A stretch of 45,312 nucleotides of DNA, from assembly GCA_029974275.1 (NCBI GenBank), contig JARKSN010000103.1, positions 1-45,312 on the forward strand, written 5' to 3'. The notes beneath the pieces are model-generated. The model worked only from the letters and a program-made list of their open reading frames with translations, was not told the origin of the DNA and made no database searches. Source of the stretch: Candidatus Hydrogenedentota bacterium. Its GTDB lineage: Bacteria; Hydrogenedentota; Hydrogenedentia; Hydrogenedentales; SLHB01. A program made the translations under genes and the position numbers. This document shows, piece after piece, positions 1 through 9,008 of this stretch. The first letter of the stretch is position 1, and every line of letters begins with the position of its first letter.

Positions 1-696
1 ACGACGGACAAGCATGCCGGCCAGACCCACGCCCAACAGCAGCACGGTCGCAGGCTCGGGAACCACGCACAACTGAACCACCAGGTCGTTGTAATCGCGG
101 TCGCTGCTGCTTGTGAATTTTATGTCTTCCCACGCCATCAAGAACATATTGTCATACGCCGGCCCCACCAGAAGACTCAAATCGTACAGCACCATGTGGT
201 CTTCGCTGGCCGAATTCCTCCAGCTTTCCGAATAGAAAAAGCTGCCGCTGTCTTCGGGCGTCTCCAAGTAGAACCCAAACGGTCCCGAAGGACTCAACGT
301 GTTCGTCAACGTGCCCGACAGCGAGGTGCCCGTTCCCGATACGCTCAGCAAAGGAACAGTGGTGGTCACTGCGCCCGCGCCCGTCGGTTGGTACCAGCCC
401 AATTCCTGCGGATCATGACCTGCATATTTCGCTTCAGCCGAAACGCAATGCCATCCCGCAAACACCTCTGTGCTCAACGCGGCGAATTCCATTTCGAGAT
501 TCGAGCCGTACGTGGTGCCGTACAACAGGTTCACGATTTGGTACAGATTTATTTCGGCCGTGGGACGCGTGTCCGGCGACGGGGCAAAGGTGCCGGTCGG
601 ATCGTACCACGGTTCCAGCGGAACCGGGGACGCCATGGCGGTAGTCGCCAGCAGTACAAGCGCCCCTATGGTTGTGATGATGTGTCGCGTTTTCAT
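1..696 (-). CDS. PEP-CTERM sorting domain surface protein with DUF4114-like domain (3' end runs off the window)
   Basis: Translated by hand, absent from the ORF track. ATG at 696 after a GGAGAG RBS; signal peptide MKTRHIITTIGALVLLATTAMA; C-terminus ...MAWEDIKFTSSSDRDYNDLVVQLCVVPEPATVLLLGVGLAGMLVRR, i.e. a WED..SDxDYNDLVV motif followed by VPEP, a TM helix and an Arg cluster. Confidence 0.93.
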   Translation of the reverse strand, partial: MKTRHIITTIGALVLLATTAMASPVPLEPWYDPTGTFAPSPDTRPTAEINLYQIVNLLYGTTYGSNLEMEFAALSTEVFAGWHCVSAEAKYAGHDPQELGWYQPTGAGAVTTTVPLLSVSGTGTSLSGTLTNTLSPSGPFGFYLETPEDSGSFFYSESWRNSASEDHMVLYDLSLLVGPAYDNMFLMAWEDIKFTSSSDRDYNDLVVQLCVVPEPATVLLLGVGLAGMLVRR

Positions 697-1161
697 TGGT
701 TGCTCTCTCCCGATCCCGTTTTTTGTCGCTTCGCTGGCGGCTCAAAGCGACGTCTCCCTCATGTGTTGCTTGGTATGGAAACTCGTTCCTTCCTCTCTTC
801 CCTTCAATTCTTCCGTCGCCTGCTCACTGGAAACGCGCCGCATTCTCGTTCCCGTTCCGCGACTTCCCTTCCCCACTATTGCCACTTTTTCATATGGAGA
901 AGAGCAATTCCCGTACCACTTCCCTGTTATCCGTGCCGTTCATGACAGATTTCACAGAAAAATCGGCAACTTATTTTTGTAGAACGGGTTATGCGATATG
1001 CAAAAAACTGTCTGGTGGCGCGACATCGGATTGATAAGAATGTGCAAGAGACTCTATCTGAAAGAAATGCTCAACTTTGAATAAACAATGATCGGGCCCT
1101 GAAGAAAAGCATCCACACACCCGATCTATGGAGGAAGGCCGATACCTGCACGAACTTGGGC

Positions 1162-1947
1162 CTATCGAAAAGGCTCCCACTCGGGCTCGTTTTCGAAAAT
1201 CCATGCATAATAATCGACATGTTCAAGTTTTGCGGCAGCGGAACGATCGACGACGATGGTGCACCGGGGATGCAGTTGGAGGGCGGACGCGGAAATCATG
1301 GCGGTGACGGGTCCTTCGACGGCCTTGGCGATAATGTCGGCTTTCTCATCGCCCGTTGCAAGAAGGACGCAGCGTTTGCAGTCGAGAATGGTGCCGACGC
1401 CCATGGTGATCGCGCGCCGGGGCATCTGGTGCGGTTCGGTGAATAGGGGCTGGTTTTGCGCGACAGTCTGAGGACTGAGGGCCTTGGCGCGGGTGCGCGA
1501 ACGCATGGCCGACAAGGGTTCGTTGAAACCGATGTGCCCGCTGCGCCCGATGCCGAGGAGTTGCAAGTCAACGCCGCCGCACTCCGCGATGAGGGCCTCG
1601 TAATGCGCGCATTCCGCGTCGATATCGTCCGCCATGCCGTCGGGCAGGTGCGCGCTGCGCGGATCGATATTGACCCGATGGAACAGATGCTTGTTCATAT
1701 AATGACGGTAGGAGTGCGGGTCTTCCGGCGGCAATCCGATGTATTCATCGAGGTTGAACGTGGTGACGAGCGCGAAGTCCAGCCCCTCTTCCTCGTGCAG
1801 GCTGACCAGACGTTCGTAGACGAGTTCCATCGTGCGTCCCGTAGCCAGGCCCAACACAATCCGGGGCTTTGCGGCAATCGCCCGGCCCATGATTGTCGCG
1901 ACCAACTCAGCGGCGTCTTCGGGCGTCTCGCGGATAATGACTTCCAT
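1162..1947 (-). CDS. nagB: glucosamine-6-phosphate deaminase
   Basis: VLGLATGRT, TFNLDEY, DLQLLGIGRSGHIGFNEP, AITMGVGTI and ASALQLH motifs; 261 aa. Confidence 0.96.
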   Translation of the reverse strand: MEVIIRETPEDAAELVATIMGRAIAAKPRIVLGLATGRTMELVYERLVSLHEEEGLDFALVTTFNLDEYIGLPPEDPHSYRHYMNKHLFHRVNIDPRSAHLPDGMADDIDAECAHYEALIAECGGVDLQLLGIGRSGHIGFNEPLSAMRSRTRAKALSPQTVAQNQPLFTEPHQMPRRAITMGVGTILDCKRCVLLATGDEKADIIAKAVEGPVTAMISASALQLHPRCTIVVDRSAAAKLEHVDYYAWIFENEPEWEPFR

Positions 1948-2039
1948 CGGCCAAGTTCCTTCGCTATTTCGTTGCGCTCAAGCGCCGTAGTATAATGGGT
2001 TTGCCACTAGGAAGTGGAGCACAACAGGAGGTTTCCTTC

Positions 2040-2249
2040 ATGGCCGATGTTACGTACCGCATCACGCTCTGGTCGGGCGGCAAGCCCGCGATGGTCCACT
2101 ACGTCTCGCGCCCGCCCGAATTTGGCGGCGTGTGCTGCAGCTTCCAGACCGACGACGGCAACGTCATTCGCCTCATGGGAAATATCTCCGTCGAGCAAGG
2201 CAAGTTCGAGGAACGCCCCATCAGCGCGCGCGGTCTGTTGCGTGGATAA
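2040..2249 (+). CDS. small hypothetical protein (69 aa)
   Basis: AGGAGG RBS about 8 nt before the ATG at 2040; TATAAT at 1991-1996; fills the gap between nagB and GH2 and ends at a hairpin. Confidence 0.75.
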   Translation: MADVTYRITLWSGGKPAMVHYVSRPPEFGGVCCSFQTDDGNVIRLMGNISVEQGKFEERPISARGLLRG

Positions 2250-2258
2250 GCGAATCGG

Positions 2259-2283
2259 AGGGGCGACCCGGCCGGTCGCCCCT
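2259..2283. terminator. GC-rich hairpin between convergent genes (likely bidirectional terminator)
   Basis: AGGGGCGACC (2259-2268), loop CGGCC, GGTCGCCCCT (2274-2283): a perfect 10-bp inverted repeat. U-tracts are weak. Confidence 0.65.
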
Positions 2284-5200
2284 ATTTCCACCACTTCAGA
2301 TTCAGCGGGTCCCGTGTGTTCGATTCGAAATTGAGCCGGAACCGGAACTCGCCGGGTATCTTGGAAATCTTCACGAGCAAGGCGTTCTTCCCTTGCTTGA
2401 GCAGCCCCGTGAATTCATGTTCTTTCAATTCGGTGTGCGGGGTGTGTTCTTGGCTCTCGTGGAGGAGCTTTCCGTTGAGCCACACCTTGGCATAGTCCTG
2501 CACGCCCAGCGCAAACTTCGCTTCAACGCGCCGGTCGGAGGAGAACTCCGCATACGCGTAGCCCGTGCCCCAATCGAAACGGGGATAGTACTGATACACC
2601 GGCGAGAACGCCCATTGCAGGTCGACCAAGTGATTGTCGCGCAGTTGGCTGTGCCAGCGCTTCCAGTGCACCGGTTGATACCACCCGGGATACGCCGCGG
2701 CGAGATCGACCTTTTCTTCCGGCGGGAACACGCACTCGTGGCCATGCTTGCCCCAGTTCGGGAACATGCCCGCCACCATCCACAGGCGAGTCGTGTTGGC
2801 GCGTTCATGCTTCAGCCAATCCGCGGCGGACCGCGGTATCGGGTACACATCTTCCGAAGGCACGGACCAGCGGCTGAAATGCTTGAGCATGTTCACGTAG
2901 AGTCGGTCCGCGACGGGGTCCTTGCCGAGATTCTCAAGGATGCGCATGTGGGTGAACACGATGCGCCCGCTGCCGAAACGCCGCACAAGGATATCGCTGC
3001 CCCACCACTTGGTCTCGCCCATCATATAGTTGCCCGCCGCAATGGGCGCGGTGTCAAAGGTGCCGCAGATGTCCTCGTCGGACGTCTCGATAAAGGTCTT
3101 GGGGGCGACAACGTTGCGGTACGGCTGCCGCATAAGGCAACGTGCCGGAAGATCGTCAAAGACCGGATGCAATTTGGCATAATGATACATGCCCAGGAAA
3201 CTGCCGGCGCCGTCTTTCGAGGTGGCCGACAGGTTCGCGTCCAAATGCGCCGCGAAATCGTTCCAGTCCTCCGGAAGTCCGAAAAAAACCGCCACGGCGC
3301 CGCCCTTGACCTCGCCGAGGGCATCGAACAGATCGGGGTGCGGGTAGGCCCGAATCGTGTTGGCAAGCGGCGGAAAAACGTGAATGGAGGCGGCGCGATC
3401 GCCGGACTTGGCCAGAGCGAGACAGCGGTCGCGCCATTCGCCATTGGGGTCGACGACGTGCACCTCGATGCCGCACGGCGGGGCCGGTTCGTATACGTAA
3501 AACTCCGCCGAACTTTCGGCAGCCACTTTTCCGTTGAGCGAAATCCGCACGACGAATTTGTGCGTGCCCGAGGCGCCAGACGCGGAGATGCTCCCGACCC
3601 ACAGCTCCTTGAGGTGCTTGGGAAGTTTCATGCCGCGTTTCTTTTTCCACAGCACCTGGTTGGTCGGGCTGACGACCTGCAACGATATTTCCGCGTAGGC
3701 ATCGAGGCGCGCCTCGTTTGCCAGGATCACGCGCACGTCGACTTCCTCGCGCGGGACCAGGTTGTAGCGCGCGGCGTGAATGATGGGGCGCAGTTTTTGC
3801 TGCACCGCCTTGAGGGTCTGAAACACCGGTTTGGGACGCCGCCAGCGATCGAGCATGCCCGCGCAGAACTCATGGCCCGCGTCGCACAGTTGGGTGTAGC
3901 AATAGCCCGCCATCTTGGGATTCGACCGGATCGCCTCGACCTGGAACCGCGCGGCATCACACTGCAACTCGCGCGCTGCGGCCGTAAACCCGGCGAAATC
4001 TCCAAAAATGCGGTCCAACTCGCGTTCCTTGAAACCCTGCTGAGCGGCGTCGAGCATCTTGACAAGGAACCGCGCGTCTTTCAGCTTCTCCTTGTCCGAG
4101 CCGTACTGCTCGATCACATCCGGCAGGTCTTCCATGCCGCCAAAACCGAACTCCGACAGAAACACCAGCGTTTCCGGATCGCCGCTGTTGCGGAAGTAAT
4201 TCTCGATATCGTTGTCGACGGGTGCGCGCTGATAGATGTGAAGATCGTCATACGGCTCAAGTTCCTCGTGGAACGGGCGCATGTACCGCGCCACTTCGCG
4301 CGTCGCGTTGACGCCGCCGGAATCGTCGATGATGAGACGCGTCGGGTCAAGCGACCGCGCCAATTTGCAGAGGTCTTCCTTGATATCCTGCGCGCCGCCG
4401 TGGGTGACGTATTTCGCGTTGCCGGTTTCGTTGAGCATGCCCCAAACAATGACGCACGCATGGTTGCGGTCGCGCAGCACCAACTCGCGCACTTCGCGCT
4501 CGCAACGTTCCTGCATATACTCCGACTTCTGAATCCAGCCGATAGGCGGCTCCGCATACGCGAGCAGGCCGATCTCGTCGCAGAGATCGAGCGTGATCTT
4601 CGGCGCGGTCTTGATATGCAGCCGAATCATGTTGAAGCCGGCGTCTTTTGCGAGTTGCAGTTCGCGCCGCGCGATTTCCTCGCTCTCCGGCGCAACGAGG
4701 CTGCGCGCGTAATCCGGTTGATGCAAGATTCCCTTGAGTAGAATGGGATGGTTGTTCAGGTAGAAGCGCCGTTCCTTCACCGTGAACTCGCGCATGCCGA
4801 AACGCGCCGATGTCGAATCGACCACCACGCCGTCCTGCACCAGTTCGCACTCGAGCGTGTACAAGCGAGGGTGGTCCGGCGACCACAGCTCATGATCGGG
4901 GAACGACACGGTCAAGGCGCCGGGCTCGCCGTTCGCCGATGCCTGCGTGCCCGCGATGCACACGCGCACTTCGCCGGCTTGCGACGTAGTCACGACAGCG
5001 CGGACGCGTTTGCCGCGAATGTCGGGTTGCACAAAGACGTCGGTGATGTGCGCCGGGTGTCTGCCCGTCAACGTCACGCTGCCCCAAATGCCGCCGAAAG
5101 ACCAGTAGCCGGTTTCCTTGGCCGACGGGAATTGACGGAACCGGTACGGGCCAAACCCGTCGGGACCGTGCGGATCAATAATGCGGACGGCGACGGCGTT

Positions 5201-5560
5201 TGCGCCCTGCTGGACCGCCGAGGTGACGTCGAAGCGGAACGGCGTGTAGCCGCCTTCGTGTTCGCCCACGCGTTGACCGTTGACCCAGACCTCGGCGTAG
5301 TAGTCCGCACCCTCGAAATCCAACGAAACGGTCTTGCCACTCCACGTGTCGTCCAACGCGAACTCGCGGAAGTACCAGCCGACGCCGTCATAGTCCGGCG
5401 CCCACAGATCCCATACGCTGGGGACGCTGACATCGATGGCTTCGGGAAACGCCGAGAATCCCGGCTGAAACCAGCCCGCTTTCTTGCCGCAGTCTTCGGG
5501 ATCAAGAACAAGGCGCCACGCGCCATTGAGGACTTGTTGTATGCGCAACGTATTACTCAT
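2282..5560 (-). CDS. glycoside hydrolase family 2 (beta-galactosidase/glucuronidase-like), 1092 aa, with extra C-terminal domains
   Basis: N-terminal sugar-binding domain (LNGAW, YDGVGWY, GEHEGGYTPF), FGMREF, GFNMIRLH, acid/base WGMLNE, nucleophile LSEFG; no signal peptide. Confidence 0.9.
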   Translation of the reverse strand: MSNTLRIQQVLNGAWRLVLDPEDCGKKAGWFQPGFSAFPEAIDVSVPSVWDLWAPDYDGVGWYFREFALDDTWSGKTVSLDFEGADYYAEVWVNGQRVGEHEGGYTPFRFDVTSAVQQGANAVAVRIIDPHGPDGFGPYRFRQFPSAKETGYWSFGGIWGSVTLTGRHPAHITDVFVQPDIRGKRVRAVVTTSQAGEVRVCIAGTQASANGEPGALTVSFPDHELWSPDHPRLYTLECELVQDGVVVDSTSARFGMREFTVKERRFYLNNHPILLKGILHQPDYARSLVAPESEEIARRELQLAKDAGFNMIRLHIKTAPKITLDLCDEIGLLAYAEPPIGWIQKSEYMQERCEREVRELVLRDRNHACVIVWGMLNETGNAKYVTHGGAQDIKEDLCKLARSLDPTRLIIDDSGGVNATREVARYMRPFHEELEPYDDLHIYQRAPVDNDIENYFRNSGDPETLVFLSEFGFGGMEDLPDVIEQYGSDKEKLKDARFLVKMLDAAQQGFKERELDRIFGDFAGFTAAARELQCDAARFQVEAIRSNPKMAGYCYTQLCDAGHEFCAGMLDRWRRPKPVFQTLKAVQQKLRPIIHAARYNLVPREEVDVRVILANEARLDAYAEISLQVVSPTNQVLWKKKRGMKLPKHLKELWVGSISASGASGTHKFVVRISLNGKVAAESSAEFYVYEPAPPCGIEVHVVDPNGEWRDRCLALAKSGDRAASIHVFPPLANTIRAYPHPDLFDALGEVKGGAVAVFFGLPEDWNDFAAHLDANLSATSKDGAGSFLGMYHYAKLHPVFDDLPARCLMRQPYRNVVAPKTFIETSDEDICGTFDTAPIAAGNYMMGETKWWGSDILVRRFGSGRIVFTHMRILENLGKDPVADRLYVNMLKHFSRWSVPSEDVYPIPRSAADWLKHERANTTRLWMVAGMFPNWGKHGHECVFPPEEKVDLAAAYPGWYQPVHWKRWHSQLRDNHLVDLQWAFSPVYQYYPRFDWGTGYAYAEFSSDRRVEAKFALGVQDYAKVWLNGKLLHESQEHTPHTELKEHEFTGLLKQGKNALLVKISKIPGEFRFRLNFESNTRDPLNLKWWK

Positions 5561-5588
5561 TTCATCTCTCGGGTTGAGGTTGATGTCC

Positions 5589-6104
5589 TCAGGAAAATGT
5601 CAGCAGCGCCACAAGCAACATGGCAAACCCGACAAACAATTTTGCGAATATGCCCAGCGCCTTGCCGATGGCGGCGCCAAGCCCCGTCCACATCGAGGCG
5701 CGCACGCCTTTCTCGAGCATAAGATATTCGTACAGGGCGGCGCCCGCAAACGCTCCGACACATGCGCCCAGAAGCGTGCCCACGATCGGAAAAACGGGGG
5801 TGCCCGCAACCGCGCCAATCAAACATCCCGCAACCGCAGCGACGATGGCTCCTCTGCCCCCGCCGAATTTGGCCGCCCCATATCCTGCCGCCGCCGTCTC
5901 GAGCACCTCGCCCACGATGGCCAATACCGTCAGGATGACTAGGGTCCAGACATTGAAATGCTCGAAACCGGTGGCCGCCCATGCGATGGCTACCGCGCCC
6001 AAAATGATCCAGTTGCCGAACAATCCCACCAGATCGAGGAGCAATCCGACGCCAATCGCCACGCCGAATGCCGTCCAACCGCCAATCGCCAACGCGGTAT
6101 CCAT
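5589..6104 (-). CDS. DUF456 (YqgC-like) small membrane protein
   Basis: 171-aa Gly/Ala-rich hydrophobic protein with GAAKFGGGRGAIVAA..G and GTLLGACVGAFAGA patterns. Confidence 0.8.
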   Translation of the reverse strand: MDTALAIGGWTAFGVAIGVGLLLDLVGLFGNWIILGAVAIAWAATGFEHFNVWTLVILTVLAIVGEVLETAAAGYGAAKFGGGRGAIVAAVAGCLIGAVAGTPVFPIVGTLLGACVGAFAGAALYEYLMLEKGVRASMWTGLGAAIGKALGIFAKLFVGFAMLLVALLTFS

Positions 6105-6222
6105 GAAGCTCGATGCCCTTTCCGCGAACGCGCGCTCTCCTTTGTGCGAGAAAGCGCTGCCTTATGCTACCATCACGACTCGTTCGCGCAAGGGGCAGAT
6201 TGTACCGGAAAGGAAGACATTT

Positions 6223-7086
6223 GTGAAATCGACATTGGACTGTTTGGAATGCTTTGCGAGGCAGGCGTTGCGCGCAGCGAGAATGGCCACGGACGATGAG
6301 GCCATTCAACGCCGCATCGTCAACGATACATGCGCTCGCATCCCGCATATGGACCTGAATGCGAGCCCGGCGGCCTTGTCGATGATTTGTTATGAACTGA
6401 CCGCTCGGCATTCCGGCAACCTAGACCCCTATCGCGATGTCAAGCGTGAACAGAACGAAACGGTCCTCGCGTTGGAGCCGGAACTGCGCCGGCTTGTCGC
6501 GGAGAGCCCCGACCCGTTGGAGACCGCGCTGCATCTTGCGGCGGCGGGCAACATCATCGATCTCGGCACGTTACATGCCGACTGCATCGACCTGCGCGAA
6601 GCCATCCGTCAAGTGCTGCAAGAGCGCTTCGCCATCGATCACGGCGCCATATTGCGTCGAGACCTCGCGCATTGCAATGACCTCTTGTTTTTCCTGGACA
6701 ACGCGGGCGAGATCGTTTTCGACAAGATTCTCATCGAGGAATTGATTAAACATGTTCCGGTCACGGCGGTCGTCAAGGGCGGCCCCATGCTCAACGATGC
6801 GCTCATGGAAGACGCCGTGCAGGTGGGCCTCGATGCCGTATGCCCCATTATCGACAACGGCGGCGCCTTTATCGGATCGCCGTTGAATCTGTTATCCGCC
6901 GCGTTCCTTGAACGCATGCGCGAGGCGGACATTATCCTGGGAAAAGGCCAAGGAAATTACGAGACGCTCGACGATTTCCCGGGGAATGTGTTTCTTATCC
7001 TCCGTGCGAAATGTGAGGTCATCGCCGCGCACATGGGCGTGCGGTTTGGGCAGGTCGCACTCATCTCGACGCGGGCGCGCGGATAG
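6223..7086 (+). CDS. DUF89/ARMT1-like damage-control metal-dependent phosphatase
   Basis: Start reassigned to GTG 6223 (MKSTLDCLECFARQAL) after an AGGAAG RBS; motifs DPY, AAAGNIID, DNAGEIVFD, ND, GKGQGNYETL, KC. Confidence 0.9.
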   Translation: MKSTLDCLECFARQALRAARMATDDEAIQRRIVNDTCARIPHMDLNASPAALSMICYELTARHSGNLDPYRDVKREQNETVLALEPELRRLVAESPDPLETALHLAAAGNIIDLGTLHADCIDLREAIRQVLQERFAIDHGAILRRDLAHCNDLLFFLDNAGEIVFDKILIEELIKHVPVTAVVKGGPMLNDALMEDAVQVGLDAVCPIIDNGGAFIGSPLNLLSAAFLERMREADIILGKGQGNYETLDDFPGNVFLILRAKCEVIAAHMGVRFGQVALISTRARG

Positions 7087-7088
7087 CG

Positions 7089-9008
7089 TCACGCGTTGCC
7101 CAAGAGGTCCTTGTACTGGAGGCGGTGCAGCGCATAGTACAGACCGCGCCGGTCGATCAATTCCTGATGCGCGCCCATTTCGCGGATTTCACCATGGTGC
7201 ATGACGATGATGCGATGCGCATGCTGAATGGTCGACAGCCGATGCGCAATGGCAATCGACGTGCATTCCTCCATCAATTTGCCAATCGCGTCTTGAATAA
7301 GCTGCTCCGTTGCCGTATCGACGCTGGATGTGGCCTCGTCCAGCACCAACACGCGCGGCCTATGCGCCAGCGCGCGCCCGAAGGCGATCAGTTGCCGCTG
7401 GCCCGTGGAAAGCCGACAGCCCCGCTCGCCAACGTCGTGGCGATAGCCGTCCGGAAGCGCCTCTATAAACGACGCGGCGTTGACGTATTCGGCGCAACGA
7501 CGCACGTCGGCATCTGATATCGACGCCTTGCCCAAACGGATATTGTCCTCGACCGTTCCAGAGAACAGAAACACGTCCTGCAAGACCATGCCAATGTTCC
7601 CGCGCAGGGAATCCTGCCGATAACGCCGCACATCGCAGCCATTCACGAGAATTTGTCCGCGCTGCGCGTCATGGAAACGCGCGAGAAGACTGATTATCGT
7701 CGACTTGCCGGCGCCGGTATGGCCAACAATGGCGACGCGCTCGCCGGCCGCAATGGAGAAGCTGACGTCTTTCAGGACCCATCGATCGTCGTCGTATGCG
7801 AACCATACGTTGCGGAATTCCACGACCGGAGGCGGCGTCTCGCACGCGATCGCTTCGCGCTCGACATCTTCCCAGACGACAGCGTCCGGCGCGTCCTGGA
7901 TTTCCTCGGGGGTGTCAAGCAACTGAAAAATCCGCTCGGCGGACGCCATCGCCTCTTGGACCATGCTGTACTTGTCGGTCAATCCCCGCACGGGGCTGAA
8001 CAAACGCTCCGCCCACTGGATGTAGGCGACAAATGCGCCCACCGACGCGCCCAAGGTCGCGGCGTCGCCAATCATTTCGTGGCCGACATAGAGAATGATA
8101 AGCGCGATGGACAACTGCGCGAGGAAATCAACGGCGGGGAAATACAATGCGAAGTAGCGAACCTGGCGCAGCCATTCATCGCGATGATCCGCGTTACGCC
8201 GGCGATATTCCTCGAAATTCCGCGGCTCGCGCCGGAACGCCTGAACGACCCGGATTCCGGAAACATTTTCCTGAAGATAGGAGGTCAGACGGGCGATCTT
8301 GCGGCTGATCTCGAGAAAAGAGGCGCGGGCGTATTTCCGGAACACGGCGCTTACGGCAAACATCAGGGGGGCTGTGCTGAGCGTGATGGCGGCGAGTTTC
8401 CAATTTACCGAGAGCATGAATCCGATCACAACGAAAATCGTGAAGAGATCGCTGACGACTTGCACAAGCCCCGTGACGATAGTCTGCTGAATCTTTTCCA
8501 CGTCGGTGGTGACGCGCGTCATGAGACGGCCCACGGGATTGCGGTCCAGAAAGCGCAAGCCCATGCGCTGAAGATGGGCGAACACCTCCATGCGCATTTC
8601 CAGCATGGCCTTCTGGCCGGCGTACGCGACGATCAGCGTCTGGAAGTAGCGAGCGACCACCTCGAACAACATGAGCGCGCCAATGGCAAGCGCGATCTCC
8701 CCGAGACGCAGACGATCATGCTGACGCAGCGCCTCGATGCGATCCTCGATCGAGGCCGGGCGCTCGGATGAACTCTCGACGGATTTCTCCAACGCCAGTC
8801 GATCGGCATTCCCCACGTAACGGTCAATCGCGCGCATGGTGAGGTATGGATTTACATTGCTGAGCAGGGCCGCCAAAAGCAGCAAGAGGCTGGCAAGCGC
8901 CAAGGCGGCGCGATACGGACGCACCGATCGCAAAAGACGCGCCATGATGCGTCCGTCATACGCGCGGACGTGGACCTCGTCGTCGGCGTGATAGCCTTCT
9001 TGACTCAT
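7089..9008 (-). CDS. ABC exporter half-transporter (TMD+NBD), MdlB/YheH-like
   Basis: TM domain, GHTGAGKST, LSTGQRQ, VLVLDEATS, AHRLST. Confidence 0.93.
   Translation of the reverse strand: MSQEGYHADDEVHVRAYDGRIMARLLRSVRPYRAALALASLLLLLAALLSNVNPYLTMRAIDRYVGNADRLALEKSVESSSERPASIEDRIEALRQHDRLRLGEIALAIGALMLFEVVARYFQTLIVAYAGQKAMLEMRMEVFAHLQRMGLRFLDRNPVGRLMTRVTTDVEKIQQTIVTGLVQVVSDLFTIFVVIGFMLSVNWKLAAITLSTAPLMFAVSAVFRKYARASFLEISRKIARLTSYLQENVSGIRVVQAFRREPRNFEEYRRRNADHRDEWLRQVRYFALYFPAVDFLAQLSIALIILYVGHEMIGDAATLGASVGAFVAYIQWAERLFSPVRGLTDKYSMVQEAMASAERIFQLLDTPEEIQDAPDAVVWEDVEREAIACETPPPVVEFRNVWFAYDDDRWVLKDVSFSIAAGERVAIVGHTGAGKSTIISLLARFHDAQRGQILVNGCDVRRYRQDSLRGNIGMVLQDVFLFSGTVEDNIRLGKASISDADVRRCAEYVNAASFIEALPDGYRHDVGERGCRLSTGQRQLIAFGRALAHRPRVLVLDEATSSVDTATEQLIQDAIGKLMEECTSIAIAHRLSTIQHAHRIIVMHHGEIREMGAHQELIDRRGLYYALHRLQYKDLLGNA

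Noticed and set aside
870..1010. Sigma54 promoter or PrsR-type enhancer for the PEP-CTERM gene
   Set aside because: TGGC is present on the minus strand near 881-884 but without a correctly spaced TTGC.
196..1204. Track ORFs 196-945, 434-745, 470-982, 696-1034 and 989-1204
   Set aside because: They are antisense or off-frame to the PEP-CTERM gene, or span its intergenic region; no motifs or RBS.
2132..4741. 869-aa plus-strand ORF, and similar long ORFs at 11203-13500, 30391-31983 and 41215-42987
   Set aside because: Antisense shadows of well-supported genes, expected in GC-rich DNA; no recognisable domains.
5620..6222. N-terminal extension of the DUF89 ORF, and similar extensions on pgi, dinB and nadA
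   Set aside because: They overlap opposite-strand genes or promoters; family homology and RBS begin at the downstream starts.
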